The notes under the pieces were generated by a model that was not told where the DNA came from, searched no databases, and worked only from the letters and a program-made list of their open reading frames with translations. A stretch of DNA of 64,000 nt from Meiothermus sp. (GTDB lineage: Bacteria > Deinococcota > Deinococci > Deinococcales > Thermaceae), in contig JANRLD010000098.1 in NCBI GenBank assembly GCA_033762915.1, positions 12,095 to 76,094 on the forward strand. The letters run 5' to 3'. The position numbers were made by a program, and so were the translations under genes. Position 1 is the first letter of the stretch; every line of letters starts with the position of its first letter. Positions 31,978-41,352 of this stretch are shown here, in pieces.

Positions 31978-34023
31978 CTACCCCAGACCCATCTGGTCGA
32001 GGGTGAACGCGTAGATGTCCGCGAGTTCCTCAATCTTCATCTTGGTCGGCATGCCCGCGCCGTGACCCGCCTTGGTTTGAACGCGGATCAGCACCGGCCG
32101 CTCGCCGGCGTGTGCCGCTTGCAGCGCGGCGGCGAACTTAAAGGAGTGGGCCGGAACCACCCGGTCGTCGTGGTCGGCGGTAGTGACGAGGGTGGCAGGG
32201 TAGGAGGTCCCCGGCTTCAGGTTGTGGAGCGGGGAGTAGGCCAGAAGGTGGCGAAAGGCCTCGGGATCCTCGGGGGAGCCGTAGTCGGAGGTCCAGGCCC
32301 ACCCGATGGTGAACTTGTGGAAGCGCAGCATGTCCATCACCCCCACCGCCGGGAGCGCCACCCCGAACAGTTCAGGCCGCTGGGTCATGCACGCCCCCAC
32401 CAGCAACCCGCCGTTAGAGCCGCCCTGGATTGCCAGGCGTTCAGGTCGGGTGTACCTCTGGTCGATCAGCCACTCGGCGCAGGCCGCGAAGTCGTCAAAA
32501 ACGTTCTGCTTGCGATCCAGAATTCCCGCCCGCCACCAGGCCTCGCCGTACTCCCCCCCGCCGCGCAAGACGGCGTGGGCGTAGACACCGCCTTGTTCCA
32601 GCCAGACCAGCCTCGAGACCGAGAAGCGCGGCGTCTCGGAGACGTTAAAGCCACCGTAGCCATAGAGCAGGGTGGGGTTGCCGGCGCCCCGCTCGAGGCC
32701 CTTGCGGTGGGTCAGAAAGAGGGGGACCCGGGTGCCGTCTTTTCCGGGCACGAAGACCTGCCGGGTCTCGAAGGGGTCGGCGTCAAAGGCCATCTGGGGG
32801 GCGTGGAGTACGCGGGTCTTGCCACTGTTGAAGTCGAACACGTAAGCGCTGGGCGGGTGGAGAAACGACTCAAAGGAGAAAAACAGTTCGGGGTCGCCCT
32901 CCTCTCCGCTGGCGTAAGCTGTACCCAGGGTGGGCAGTGCGACCTCGCCGCGCTGGCCGCCCTCCAGGTCGAACAGCATCAGCTGGGTATGGGCATGGTG
33001 CAGGTACTCGCAGGCGAAGCCGTCGAAGGCCCGCTGGGCGGAAAGGAGCACGTCGGACCGCTCCGCGACCAGGGTCTGCCAGTATTGTGGGTCGGGGTTT
33101 ACCACATCTAGGGCAATGATCTGCTTTCGCGGTGCGTTCCAGTTGGTCTGGAAGAAGAACCTCGAGCCCTCGTTTCCCAGAAACCAGAAGCTGTGTTTGA
33201 ACTCGGGAATCAGCTCGATGAAGGGGCCATCGGAGCCCAGCTCGCGGTAGAAGAACAGGTTCTCGGGATAGGTGCCCTTCCACACGTTGAGGAGCAGGTA
33301 GCGCCCGTCATGGCTGACCTCCGTCCCAAAACCCCACTCCGGCTGGTCGGGGCGCTCGTAGACCAGCCTGTCCTGGGCCTGCGGGGTGTTTAGGCGGTGC
33401 AGATAAACCTTCTGAAAGCGGTTGGCCTGGGTGTGGTTGTGGCCCTCCGTCGGCACGTCGTACCGGCTGTAGAAAAACCCCGAGCCGTCGGGAAGCCAGG
33501 CCGCGCCGGAGAACTTGCTCCATCGCAGCTCGTCGGGCAAGTCCTCTTGGGTGTCCACGCTTCGCACCCGCCAGGTTTGCCAGTCCGAGCCGCTCGAGCT
33601 GAGCGAATAGGCCAGCCACCGGCCGTCCCGGCTGACAGCCGAGCTGCCGAGCGCCACTGTGCCGTCCTCGGACAGCGTGTTGGGGTCCAGCAGAACCCTG
33701 GCCTCGGAGTCCAGGCTATCCTGGACGCAAAGCACGCTCTGGTTCTGCAACCCGCTGTTGCGGTAGCTGAAGTACCGCCCGCCGCGCTTGAAAAAGCCGC
33801 CAAGTTTGGGGAAGTTCCATAGCGCGGTGAGGCGCTCGAGCAGCCTGTGCCGGGCGGGGAGCTGCTCGAGGTACCCGAAGGTGAGCTGGTTTTGCTCCTC
33901 GACCCAGCGCCTGGTGGCTTCGCTGTTGGGGTCTTCGAGCCAACGGTAGGGGTCGGCCACGTTCAGGCCGTGGAGTTCGTCTGTGCAATCGGATGGATGG
34001 GAGATGGGGTACCTAAAATGCAT
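31978..34023 (-). CDS. Prolyl oligopeptidase (S9A)
   Basis: DPYRWLED, GGSNGG nucleophile, DHDDRV, AGHG. Confidence 0.95.
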   Translation of the reverse strand: MHFRYPISHPSDCTDELHGLNVADPYRWLEDPNSEATRRWVEEQNQLTFGYLEQLPARHRLLERLTALWNFPKLGGFFKRGGRYFSYRNSGLQNQSVLCVQDSLDSEARVLLDPNTLSEDGTVALGSSAVSRDGRWLAYSLSSSGSDWQTWRVRSVDTQEDLPDELRWSKFSGAAWLPDGSGFFYSRYDVPTEGHNHTQANRFQKVYLHRLNTPQAQDRLVYERPDQPEWGFGTEVSHDGRYLLLNVWKGTYPENLFFYRELGSDGPFIELIPEFKHSFWFLGNEGSRFFFQTNWNAPRKQIIALDVVNPDPQYWQTLVAERSDVLLSAQRAFDGFACEYLHHAHTQLMLFDLEGGQRGEVALPTLGTAYASGEEGDPELFFSFESFLHPPSAYVFDFNSGKTRVLHAPQMAFDADPFETRQVFVPGKDGTRVPLFLTHRKGLERGAGNPTLLYGYGGFNVSETPRFSVSRLVWLEQGGVYAHAVLRGGGEYGEAWWRAGILDRKQNVFDDFAACAEWLIDQRYTRPERLAIQGGSNGGLLVGACMTQRPELFGVALPAVGVMDMLRFHKFTIGWAWTSDYGSPEDPEAFRHLLAYSPLHNLKPGTSYPATLVTTADHDDRVVPAHSFKFAAALQAAHAGERPVLIRVQTKAGHGAGMPTKMKIEELADIYAFTLDQMGLG

Positions 34024-34356
34024 GAGGCCAGTCTGTCACTGAGGGTTGTCCAGTTTGTAAGTGGACGGTGAGGGTAGCCGGGTTTGCGCCGTTAAGATCG
34101 GGCAGGGCAGGTGGCCAACAAGCACCCCGCCATGAGGTGAGTTGGCTTCGCAGGGCGCTCCTCGGCTAGCGATTGTGTTTCTCTATCACCTTATCGCTTT
34201 AGCCGATGTTCACATTCGGCTGCGCGTGCTCCGGGGTCTGCTTATGCTAGAGGCTGTTTTGGGCAGGCGGTTTGATTCGGCAAGAGGTGGGCGGACCGGG
34301 ACAGCGGCCGCCACGAGTAGCCCTTGGGAGCGGGCTTGGCCCGCCAAGGAGGAAGT

Positions 34357-36312
34357 GTGTATCCGAGATTCGTTAGCTCAGCTGTGACGGCACTCCTGGG
34401 CGCGGCCCTGGCCCAAGGCCCCGTCGCCACCCTCGAGCGCACCATCAACCTTAACGCAGTCGGCCAGGCTGCCGCCCCGACGACCCCGGCCACTCCGACC
34501 AGCCCCAATCAGCTGGCCGCCAACCTTACCCGCTTCGCCCTCAATCCGCAGGGCCGTTTCCTGGTCTCGGGATCTACCACCGGAACGCTGCTGGTCTGGG
34601 ACCTGCAGACCCGGAGCGTGGTCGGTCGGCTCGAGGGGCACCGCGTCCGGGTTAATGCCCTGGTCTACAGCCGCGACGGCACCCGTCTGGTTTCGGGCGA
34701 TGTGAACGGCAACCTTCGCCTGTGGAACATGGGCACCCGCCGTCAGGTCGGTCTGGTCAGTATTGGCGAGGGCGTGGAAGTTTTAAGCCTGGCCTTCAGC
34801 CCCAACGGCCAGCGCATCGCGGTGGGCAGCGAGGACAACAGCGTGCGGGTGGTTAATGCTGCCAACATGACCGTACTGGGCCGCATGACCGGGCACTCCG
34901 ACTTCGTGCGCGGCGTGGCCTTCAGCCCCAACGGCGCACAAATCGCTTCCGGCTCCGACGATGAGACGGTGCGGCTGTGGGACGCCAACCGCCGCACCTT
35001 GATCGCCACCCTGCGCGGCCATGGCGATTATGTCCGAAGCGTGGCCTTCAGCCCCGACGGACGCACCCTGGCCAGCGCCTCCGATGATGAGACCGTGAAG
35101 CTGTGGAGCTTGGCCACCCGACGCGAGGTGGGGCGGTTGCGCGGCGAGCTGTTTGTAGACTCACTTAGCTTCAGCCCCGACGGGCGCTACCTGGCCGCCG
35201 CCGAAGCCGACGGCGACGCTGCAGCCCGCATCTGGAGCGTCTCCACCCGCCAGGTAGTGCGCGAGCTGCCCAACAGCCCCGAGCTGAACTGGGTAGCCTT
35301 CAACGCCTCGGGCCAGCTCTACGCCGCCGCCGAGGACAACACCATCCGGGCCTTTAACCTCCAGGGCCAGGAGCAGGTCCGGCTGAGCGGGGCCTACGGG
35401 CCGCGCATTATGGAGGAAGAGGAAGAAGAGGGGGACTCCGAGGGTGGCGACTCGGACCCCAACCACGAGGTCAGCCGGCTGACCCTGGACGGTGCGGGCA
35501 ACCTGCTGGTGGGCTACTTTAACCAGAAGTCCTGGGACTCGGTGAACACCCAGACCTTTGCCGTAACCCGTCACCAGACCAGCGAGAACACTTCCGACCT
35601 GGCCTTCGCGGGCAACACCGTCTTTGTCCTCCAGACCACCGAGTTCATCGGACTGTGGGAGGGGGGCAAGCTGGTGGGCCGCTTCGCCACTCCCGCTGAC
35701 AATGCCCAGTTCGCTCAAGTCAGCCCCGACGGCGGCCTGCTGGGCGTGGTGGCCTACGGCGACGAGGAATCGGTGGAGCACGGATATGTCTTTAACCTGT
35801 CCACCGGCCGGGCCAGCCGATTCGATACTGGGTTCAGCCTGGTGGCGGTGGCGATGGGGGCCGACAATCAGACCGTCGCCTTCGGCGGAGAGGGCAAGCT
35901 GGGCGTGTGGAACCTCGAGAGCCGCGAGAGGCGGGTAGAGTTCGTCCTGAGCCAAGAAGATGAGACCGTGCTTGCCTTGCGCTTTAGTCCCGACGGTAGC
36001 CTGCTGGCGGCGGGCCTGAGCGGGGGGAGGGTGGTCGTGTTTGACATGAATACCCAAGCCCAGGTGGGGGTGCTCGAGGGCCACACGGAAGACGTGTACG
36101 ACGTGGTGTTCAGCCCCGACGGCAAGCTACTGGCCAGCGCCGGGCAGGACAACAAGGCCGTGATTTGGAGTGTGGGCAGCTACCGCAAACTGCAGGAGCT
36201 GACCGGCCACACCAAGGGACTGGGTAGCCTGGTCTTCAGCCCCGACAGCACCCGCCTCTACACCGGAGGCTTCGACGGCGCGGTGCGGGTCTGGAGGATT
36301 ACCCCGCAGTAG
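34357..36312 (+). CDS. Secreted WD40-repeat protein (probably two beta-propellers)
   Basis: AGGAGG RBS then GTG; many GH..V..VAFSPDG...ASxSxDxTVxLW repeats; central acidic linker. Confidence 0.9.
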   Translation: MYPRFVSSAVTALLGAALAQGPVATLERTINLNAVGQAAAPTTPATPTSPNQLAANLTRFALNPQGRFLVSGSTTGTLLVWDLQTRSVVGRLEGHRVRVNALVYSRDGTRLVSGDVNGNLRLWNMGTRRQVGLVSIGEGVEVLSLAFSPNGQRIAVGSEDNSVRVVNAANMTVLGRMTGHSDFVRGVAFSPNGAQIASGSDDETVRLWDANRRTLIATLRGHGDYVRSVAFSPDGRTLASASDDETVKLWSLATRREVGRLRGELFVDSLSFSPDGRYLAAAEADGDAAARIWSVSTRQVVRELPNSPELNWVAFNASGQLYAAAEDNTIRAFNLQGQEQVRLSGAYGPRIMEEEEEEGDSEGGDSDPNHEVSRLTLDGAGNLLVGYFNQKSWDSVNTQTFAVTRHQTSENTSDLAFAGNTVFVLQTTEFIGLWEGGKLVGRFATPADNAQFAQVSPDGGLLGVVAYGDEESVEHGYVFNLSTGRASRFDTGFSLVAVAMGADNQTVAFGGEGKLGVWNLESRERRVEFVLSQEDETVLALRFSPDGSLLAAGLSGGRVVVFDMNTQAQVGVLEGHTEDVYDVVFSPDGKLLASAGQDNKAVIWSVGSYRKLQELTGHTKGLGSLVFSPDSTRLYTGGFDGAVRVWRITPQ

Positions 36313-36329
36313 AGCAAGTTTTCAGATGA

Positions 36330-36361
36330 GGCGGCAGGGGTGAGCATTCACCCCTGCCGCC
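36330..36361. terminator. Perfect 14-bp hairpin between convergent genes
   Basis: GGCGGCAGGGGTGA-GCAT-TCACCCCTGCCGCC; no clear U-tract. Confidence 0.6.
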
Positions 36362-36521
36362 GTCTGCTCGAGGCCTAGGGTTGGAAGGTTTGAGGTGGGG
36401 GGATACGCCATCGCAAACAAACGAGATGGCCGTCTTTGAGTGGACTCCCTGCTGACCCGCAGACCCGGCGGCTTTGGGATTCTAGCCACTGGGTATTGTG
36501 CCGACTGCAGTTTAATGTCGG

Positions 36522-37394
36522 TTACTTCAAGTTCACCAGCCCGATCCCCACCAAAGCCAGCCCCACCCCAGCCCACTGGTGTTTGGCCAGCCTTTCGCGC
36601 AAGAAAACGCTGGCCAGCAGCACCGTCAATGCGGTGTAGAGCGAGCTGACTACGGTCACGACCGAGACCTCGGCAACCTCGAGGCCCAGGTTGTTGACGA
36701 TGGCGCCGAAGTTCAGCAAAAATGCGATGAGTGCCAGCAGGCCCCAGGAGCCCCTGGGCGGGAGGGTCAGACGCTCCTTCATGGGGCCGCTGGCTGCCCA
36801 CAGCAGCCCCAGCCCGACCAGGGTCGAGACCACGTTCGGCACGAAGCTCCCCAGTGCGGGAACCACGTAGAAGCCCAGCATCCAGTAGGTCAGCCCGAAG
36901 CACAGCGAGGCCAGCAAGGCCCACCCCACCCCTGGCGGCAGTCCCCGGTGTTTTCGTACCGGGTGAGGGTGCTCGTCGAGGTGGACCGAGGCCAACACGA
37001 TGGCCAACAGCACCACCCCTAGCCCAATCCATTGCACGGTGCCCAGCCGCTCGCCGCTCAACACCGCCAGCGCAGTGGTAAGGGCGGAGTAGCTCGAGCT
37101 GATGGGGGAGACCAGGGCCAGCACCCCGTGCTCGAAGGCCTTAAACAGCGCGAGCGAGGCGATGTTTCCGGTCACCGAGGCCGCCAGCAGCCAAAGCCAG
37201 GCCGAGGGCGTACCTCCCTCAAGCCGCCGTACCAACTCGCCGCTAAGCAGCACATACAGCCCCACCCCCGCCAGGCCAATCAGGTTGAAGTAGAAGACCG
37301 TGCGGTAAGCACCCAACTGCCGGCTGGCGAACCTCGATACGAAGTCGCCCAGCCCCCACCCCAGCGCCGACAGCAGACCGAAAACAATCCCCAC
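36522..37394 (-). CDS. EamA/DMT-family transporter
   Basis: About ten TM helices in two repeats; LSGERL and FLRERL motifs. Confidence 0.88.
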   Translation of the reverse strand: MGIVFGLLSALGWGLGDFVSRFASRQLGAYRTVFYFNLIGLAGVGLYVLLSGELVRRLEGGTPSAWLWLLAASVTGNIASLALFKAFEHGVLALVSPISSSYSALTTALAVLSGERLGTVQWIGLGVVLLAIVLASVHLDEHPHPVRKHRGLPPGVGWALLASLCFGLTYWMLGFYVVPALGSFVPNVVSTLVGLGLLWAASGPMKERLTLPPRGSWGLLALIAFLLNFGAIVNNLGLEVAEVSVVTVVSSLYTALTVLLASVFLRERLAKHQWAGVGLALVGIGLVNLK

Positions 37395-37481
37395 AATCCA
37401 ACTCCTTGTCTGCTGACGGAATGTTGCACGCCTAGCGGAGAACGGCCGAGCCGTTTTCGACCCTCGAGGCGCCCTCGACGC

Positions 37482-38690
37482 CTACCTACTGGCCGTCTGC
37501 GTCGGCAATTGATAGCCGTGGTCGTCCGCCGCGTCGTCGTTGGTTGCGTAGAGCACGCGCCCGTCGCGGAGCCGGGTGCCCGGCCCGACCATCCAGACCG
37601 CGCCCCAGGGCTTGTAGTTCGAGGTCAGGGTGTCGCGCACGGTGCGCCCGTCGCTGTGGCGCACCGTGCGGTAGACGTTGACCACCGCGCCCTGGGCCGC
37701 CCAGTCGACCTGCCGGAAGGCTTGGCGGGGGAGCTGGTCGGTGACGATAAAGCGGGTTGCCGGGGCGGGGATCACTCGGCTGACCACCGGGTTGGTCCAA
37801 CTCACGCTCCGATCTTTGGTACCAAAGATGCGGAAGGTGATGCGTCCCCGCCCCACGTAGCTCTGGATCATGATGTGGCCAGGGGTGTCGTTGCGGAAGC
37901 GCAAGTCGAGCTGGGGAAGGAAGACCGCCGCGTCTAGCCCGGTGGGCAGGTAGTATCGAACCTGATAGCTATGGGGGCGGCGGGCCACAATGGGCAGACC
38001 GGAGAAATAGGCCGAGCGGAACAGGGTGGTCGAGACTTGGCACATCCCCCCGCCCACGCCCTCCACGGTGCGCTCACCAGAGATCACGAAGGCGTTGCGA
38101 AAGCCGGTCGCCAGAGAGACGTCGCCCATCCGAGCCGAAAATGAAAAGACCTGGCCCGGGGCCACGATCTGCCCGTTGAGCTTGCGCGCGCCCAGCCAGA
38201 TGTTGTAGGCCCGCTCGCGGCTGCTGCCCCCGAAGCTGGTGGTAGCCTCGGCCAGCATCTGGCGGATACCTATGCGGTAGTGGTAGAGCGCTCCACGGCC
38301 GGGTTGGGTGTAGGCGACGGGCAGGTAGAACTCCCGCTGGCCCGTGGAGAGTGCCCGCTGGTAGAGTTCGCGGGCCCTTCTTGGGGCCACCGCCAGCCCG
38401 ACCTCGTCCCGCAGGATCCAGCTTTTGCGGGCAGCGTCGAACTCCCAGCCCCCCTGCCGGGCGGGCTGATCGATCAGCCGGGTCAGGCGGTTTAACTCCT
38501 CGAGACTCCCCACCGGGATCCGCTGAAGATATGTGGTGGTCTTGACCTGACCGTTCACCAGCAGGTTTTCCTGGGTGTAATAGAGCGCGTCCACCCGCTT
38601 AGCGGACTGCGCCTGTGGTTGTGCGGACTGCGGGTTGGCGGCCAGTGCAACACCAAGGCAGAAAAAAAGAACGAGGGCGAATGTCCTCAT
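37482..38690 (-). CDS. VanW-family protein
   Basis: RAYNI..GARKLNG, GGGMCQVSTTLF, RRPHSY, GLDAAV, DLRFRNDT; signal peptide. Confidence 0.9.
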   Translation of the reverse strand: MRTFALVLFFCLGVALAANPQSAQPQAQSAKRVDALYYTQENLLVNGQVKTTTYLQRIPVGSLEELNRLTRLIDQPARQGGWEFDAARKSWILRDEVGLAVAPRRARELYQRALSTGQREFYLPVAYTQPGRGALYHYRIGIRQMLAEATTSFGGSSRERAYNIWLGARKLNGQIVAPGQVFSFSARMGDVSLATGFRNAFVISGERTVEGVGGGMCQVSTTLFRSAYFSGLPIVARRPHSYQVRYYLPTGLDAAVFLPQLDLRFRNDTPGHIMIQSYVGRGRITFRIFGTKDRSVSWTNPVVSRVIPAPATRFIVTDQLPRQAFRQVDWAAQGAVVNVYRTVRHSDGRTVRDTLTSNYKPWGAVWMVGPGTRLRDGRVLYATNDDAADDHGYQLPTQTASR

Positions 38691-39047
38691 TCCCCTAATC
38701 TACTCCAAACCCATGCAGCGGGTGTGCTGATTACGGCCAAACAGGGCAGCCAGAACCACAGGCACCCTCCGACTGGAGAAGGCGTTCAGGTCGTTTCTGG
38801 AGCGTTCACCAATGGCGGAGTAGGCTCGAAAGGTGCGCCAGGACAACTCCGGCGTTGGGTGTGGCTGAGCATGGTTTACCCCCAGGTACGGCTGGGTGCG
38901 GTTTGGCTGTGAAGGCAAACCCAGTAGACCACCTCAGCGGAGTCGAAAAGCTACAGGTGTAAATGGCCAACAAAGACACCTTATGACCCGGTCTTTGGCT
39001 CGTGTTGGAGTGCCGAACCATCAACCAAATTCCCACCTCTGCCCGCC

Positions 39048-40526
39048 TCAGATCCGAAGACGCTTCCACAACTCGGGCATGAACAGCAAAAACACCGGGA
39101 TGATCTCGATGCGCCCGATCCACATCAAGAAAATGAGGGTGACCTTGGAGGCGGCCTCGAGGCCGGCGAAACTGCCCATCGGGCCGATCTCGCCCAGCCC
39201 AGGGCCGATGTTTCCGATGGCCTGGGCGGCGGCCGTAAAACCGATCACGAAGTCGTTCTCGAGCAGGGCGATGGTCAGGGCACCGCCCGCCAGCGCGAGC
39301 ACGTAAAGCGTGATGAAGGCCGAAACCGAGCGCATAACTTCCTCACTGACCGAGCGGCTGCCCAGCCTAAGGGTGAGGACGGCCTGGGGGTGCAGGGAGC
39401 GCAGCAGCTCGCGACGCACGATGGCCCCGATCACCAGAAGCCGGATCACCTTGATGCCGCCCGCGCCCGAGCCCGCGCAGCCTCCCACGAACATCGCGGC
39501 CACCAGCAGGGCCTGTGCGGCGGGAGCCCAGAGGGCGAAGTCCGCGCTGGCATAGCCAGTGGTGGTGACAATGGAGGTGATGTTGAAGAAGGCGTGGCGC
39601 AGGGCCTCACCCCAGGTGTAGTCCATGTCTTTGGCGTGGTGGGTCATCAGGTAGATCGCCAGAGTCAGGCTGAGCCCGGTGATGATCAGCGTGTAGACCC
39701 TGAACTCGATGTCGTCGAACAAGGGTCGGGCCTTTCCCCTGAACAACAACTGGAACTGCAGCACGAAACTGGCCCCGCCCAGGAACATAAACAGCGTCCC
39801 GAACCACTGGGCCAGTGGGCTGTATTCCTCGAAGCTGCGCGGGTTGGGGCTAAACCCCGCGGCGGGCAGGGTGGTGAGGGCATTGCAGATGGCCTCGAAC
39901 CACGGAACGCCGGCAATCCCGTAGCACAGCGCGCAGGTGATGGTGAGGGCGATGTAGACCCGTAGCACGCTCTGGGCAGCGATTCGCAGGCGCGGCGTGA
40001 AGGGCTCCTTCTGTGAGCCGATGCCGGTGCTCTCTGTGATGAATAGTTGCCGCCCGGCCACCGCAAGGTGACTCAGAATAGAGGTCAGCAGCACCAGCAG
40101 CCCCACCCCGCCGAACCACTGCATGAGGCTGCGCCAGAAGAACAAGCTGTAACCAAAGTCTTCGAAGTCGGCGAGTACGGTGGCCCCAGTAGTGGTAAAG
40201 CCCGACATGGCCTCGAACAGTGCGTCGAGGTAGTTCATCCCGCCCGACACTGCGAAGGGCACTGCCCCTAGCGCAGGGATCAATAGCCAGATGAGCGCGA
40301 CCGATAGAAGCGCCTCGGCCCTCGAGGGTTCTCGGTTGCGGTCGCCCAAGCGCCTAAACAGCAGCCCCAGCCCGATTCCCAGCACAGCCCCCCACAGGAA
40401 GCCCCACGGCGACTCCCGCAGCCCCAGCGAGAGCGCCTCGAGGCCCAGCATCACCAGACCCAGACCAATGTAAGAGACACCCAAGAAATACAGGGCGAAG
40501 CGCAGATGCTCGAACGGTCTTTTCAT
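39048..40526 (-). CDS. trkH: Trk K+ uptake membrane protein TrkH
   Basis: FEAMSGFTTTGAT, QWFGG, TTTGYAS, GGCAGSGAGG, GNIGPG, GRIEI. Confidence 0.92.
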   Translation of the reverse strand: MKRPFEHLRFALYFLGVSYIGLGLVMLGLEALSLGLRESPWGFLWGAVLGIGLGLLFRRLGDRNREPSRAEALLSVALIWLLIPALGAVPFAVSGGMNYLDALFEAMSGFTTTGATVLADFEDFGYSLFFWRSLMQWFGGVGLLVLLTSILSHLAVAGRQLFITESTGIGSQKEPFTPRLRIAAQSVLRVYIALTITCALCYGIAGVPWFEAICNALTTLPAAGFSPNPRSFEEYSPLAQWFGTLFMFLGGASFVLQFQLLFRGKARPLFDDIEFRVYTLIITGLSLTLAIYLMTHHAKDMDYTWGEALRHAFFNITSIVTTTGYASADFALWAPAAQALLVAAMFVGGCAGSGAGGIKVIRLLVIGAIVRRELLRSLHPQAVLTLRLGSRSVSEEVMRSVSAFITLYVLALAGGALTIALLENDFVIGFTAAAQAIGNIGPGLGEIGPMGSFAGLEAASKVTLIFLMWIGRIEIIPVFLLFMPELWKRLRI

Positions 40527-40643
40527 ACGTTGGTTGTATAGCCCAACTTCTATAGATTGGCTCTAGCCGGCTTACATCATAATCGAGGAAGAAGGAAATT
40601 GGGTGCAGATTACGTAGTTTCAGTCTGAATCACCCCGGTACCC

Positions 40644-40696
40644 TTGACACGTGTCATTCAAAGTTCTAACATCATTCAAGATTATTTGAATGATGT
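40644..40696 (+). promoter_or_regulatory. Sigma-A promoter overlapped by an 11-6-11 inverted-repeat operator
   Basis: TTGACA(40644)-17 nt-TAACAT(40667); ACATCATTCAA-gattat-TTGAATGATGT (40669-40696). Confidence 0.8.
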
Positions 40697-40707
40697 AGGA
40701 GAGTCGA

Positions 40708-41352
40708 ATGTCTAAATCTTCTCAACAAGAACCCCCAGCCCCCCTCGAGGCCAGCAAGCCGATGGACAGGCTTACCATCACCAACCTCGAGACCCTCAGG
40801 CTGCTCACCGACCCCCTACGGATGAAGATTCTGGAGCTGATGGCCAAGCCGGCTACGGTCAAGGCGGTGGCCAAGGCCCTCCAAACGCCGGCAACCAAGC
40901 TCTACTACCACGTGGGGCAGCTCGAGGAACACGGGCTAGTGCGGGTGGTGGGGACGCGGGTGGTCTCGGGAATCATCGAGAAGCAGTACCAGGTGATGGC
41001 ACGGTACTTCGCGGTGGACCGGAAGCTTTTTGAAATCCACAAAACCGACCGCAGCAGTCTGACCGAAGTACTGGGTAACCTGATCGAGAGCGTCAGTGAA
41101 GACATCCAGCGGGGCCTCGAGAACGGCCTGATCAAGGTGGGGGATGAGTATCCAGCTCACCAGCGGCTGATCCTGGGTCGCAACCTGGTCAAGCTGACCC
41201 CAGAGCAGGCCGAGGAGTTTATCGGCAAGGTTTCTGCGCTGCTCGAGTCTTTCGAAACCGAAACCGACTCCAGTACGTCCAGGCCGTACAGCCTGTTCAT
41301 GGCCTTCCATCCCCACAGCCAGGTCGAACTTGAGGAGGACGGCGATGAGTAG
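40708..41352 (+). CDS. ArsR-like winged-helix transcriptional regulator
   Basis: LRLLTDPLRMKILELM..ATVKAVAKAL..KLYYHV..LEEHGLV. Confidence 0.85.
   Translation: MSKSSQQEPPAPLEASKPMDRLTITNLETLRLLTDPLRMKILELMAKPATVKAVAKALQTPATKLYYHVGQLEEHGLVRVVGTRVVSGIIEKQYQVMARYFAVDRKLFEIHKTDRSSLTEVLGNLIESVSEDIQRGLENGLIKVGDEYPAHQRLILGRNLVKLTPEQAEEFIGKVSALLESFETETDSSTSRPYSLFMAFHPHSQVELEEDGDE

Noticed and set aside
27795..34023. QC plus prolyl oligopeptidase as a RiPP biosynthetic cluster
   Set aside because: Separated by dnaX, on opposite strands, different predicted compartments, and no precursor peptide seen
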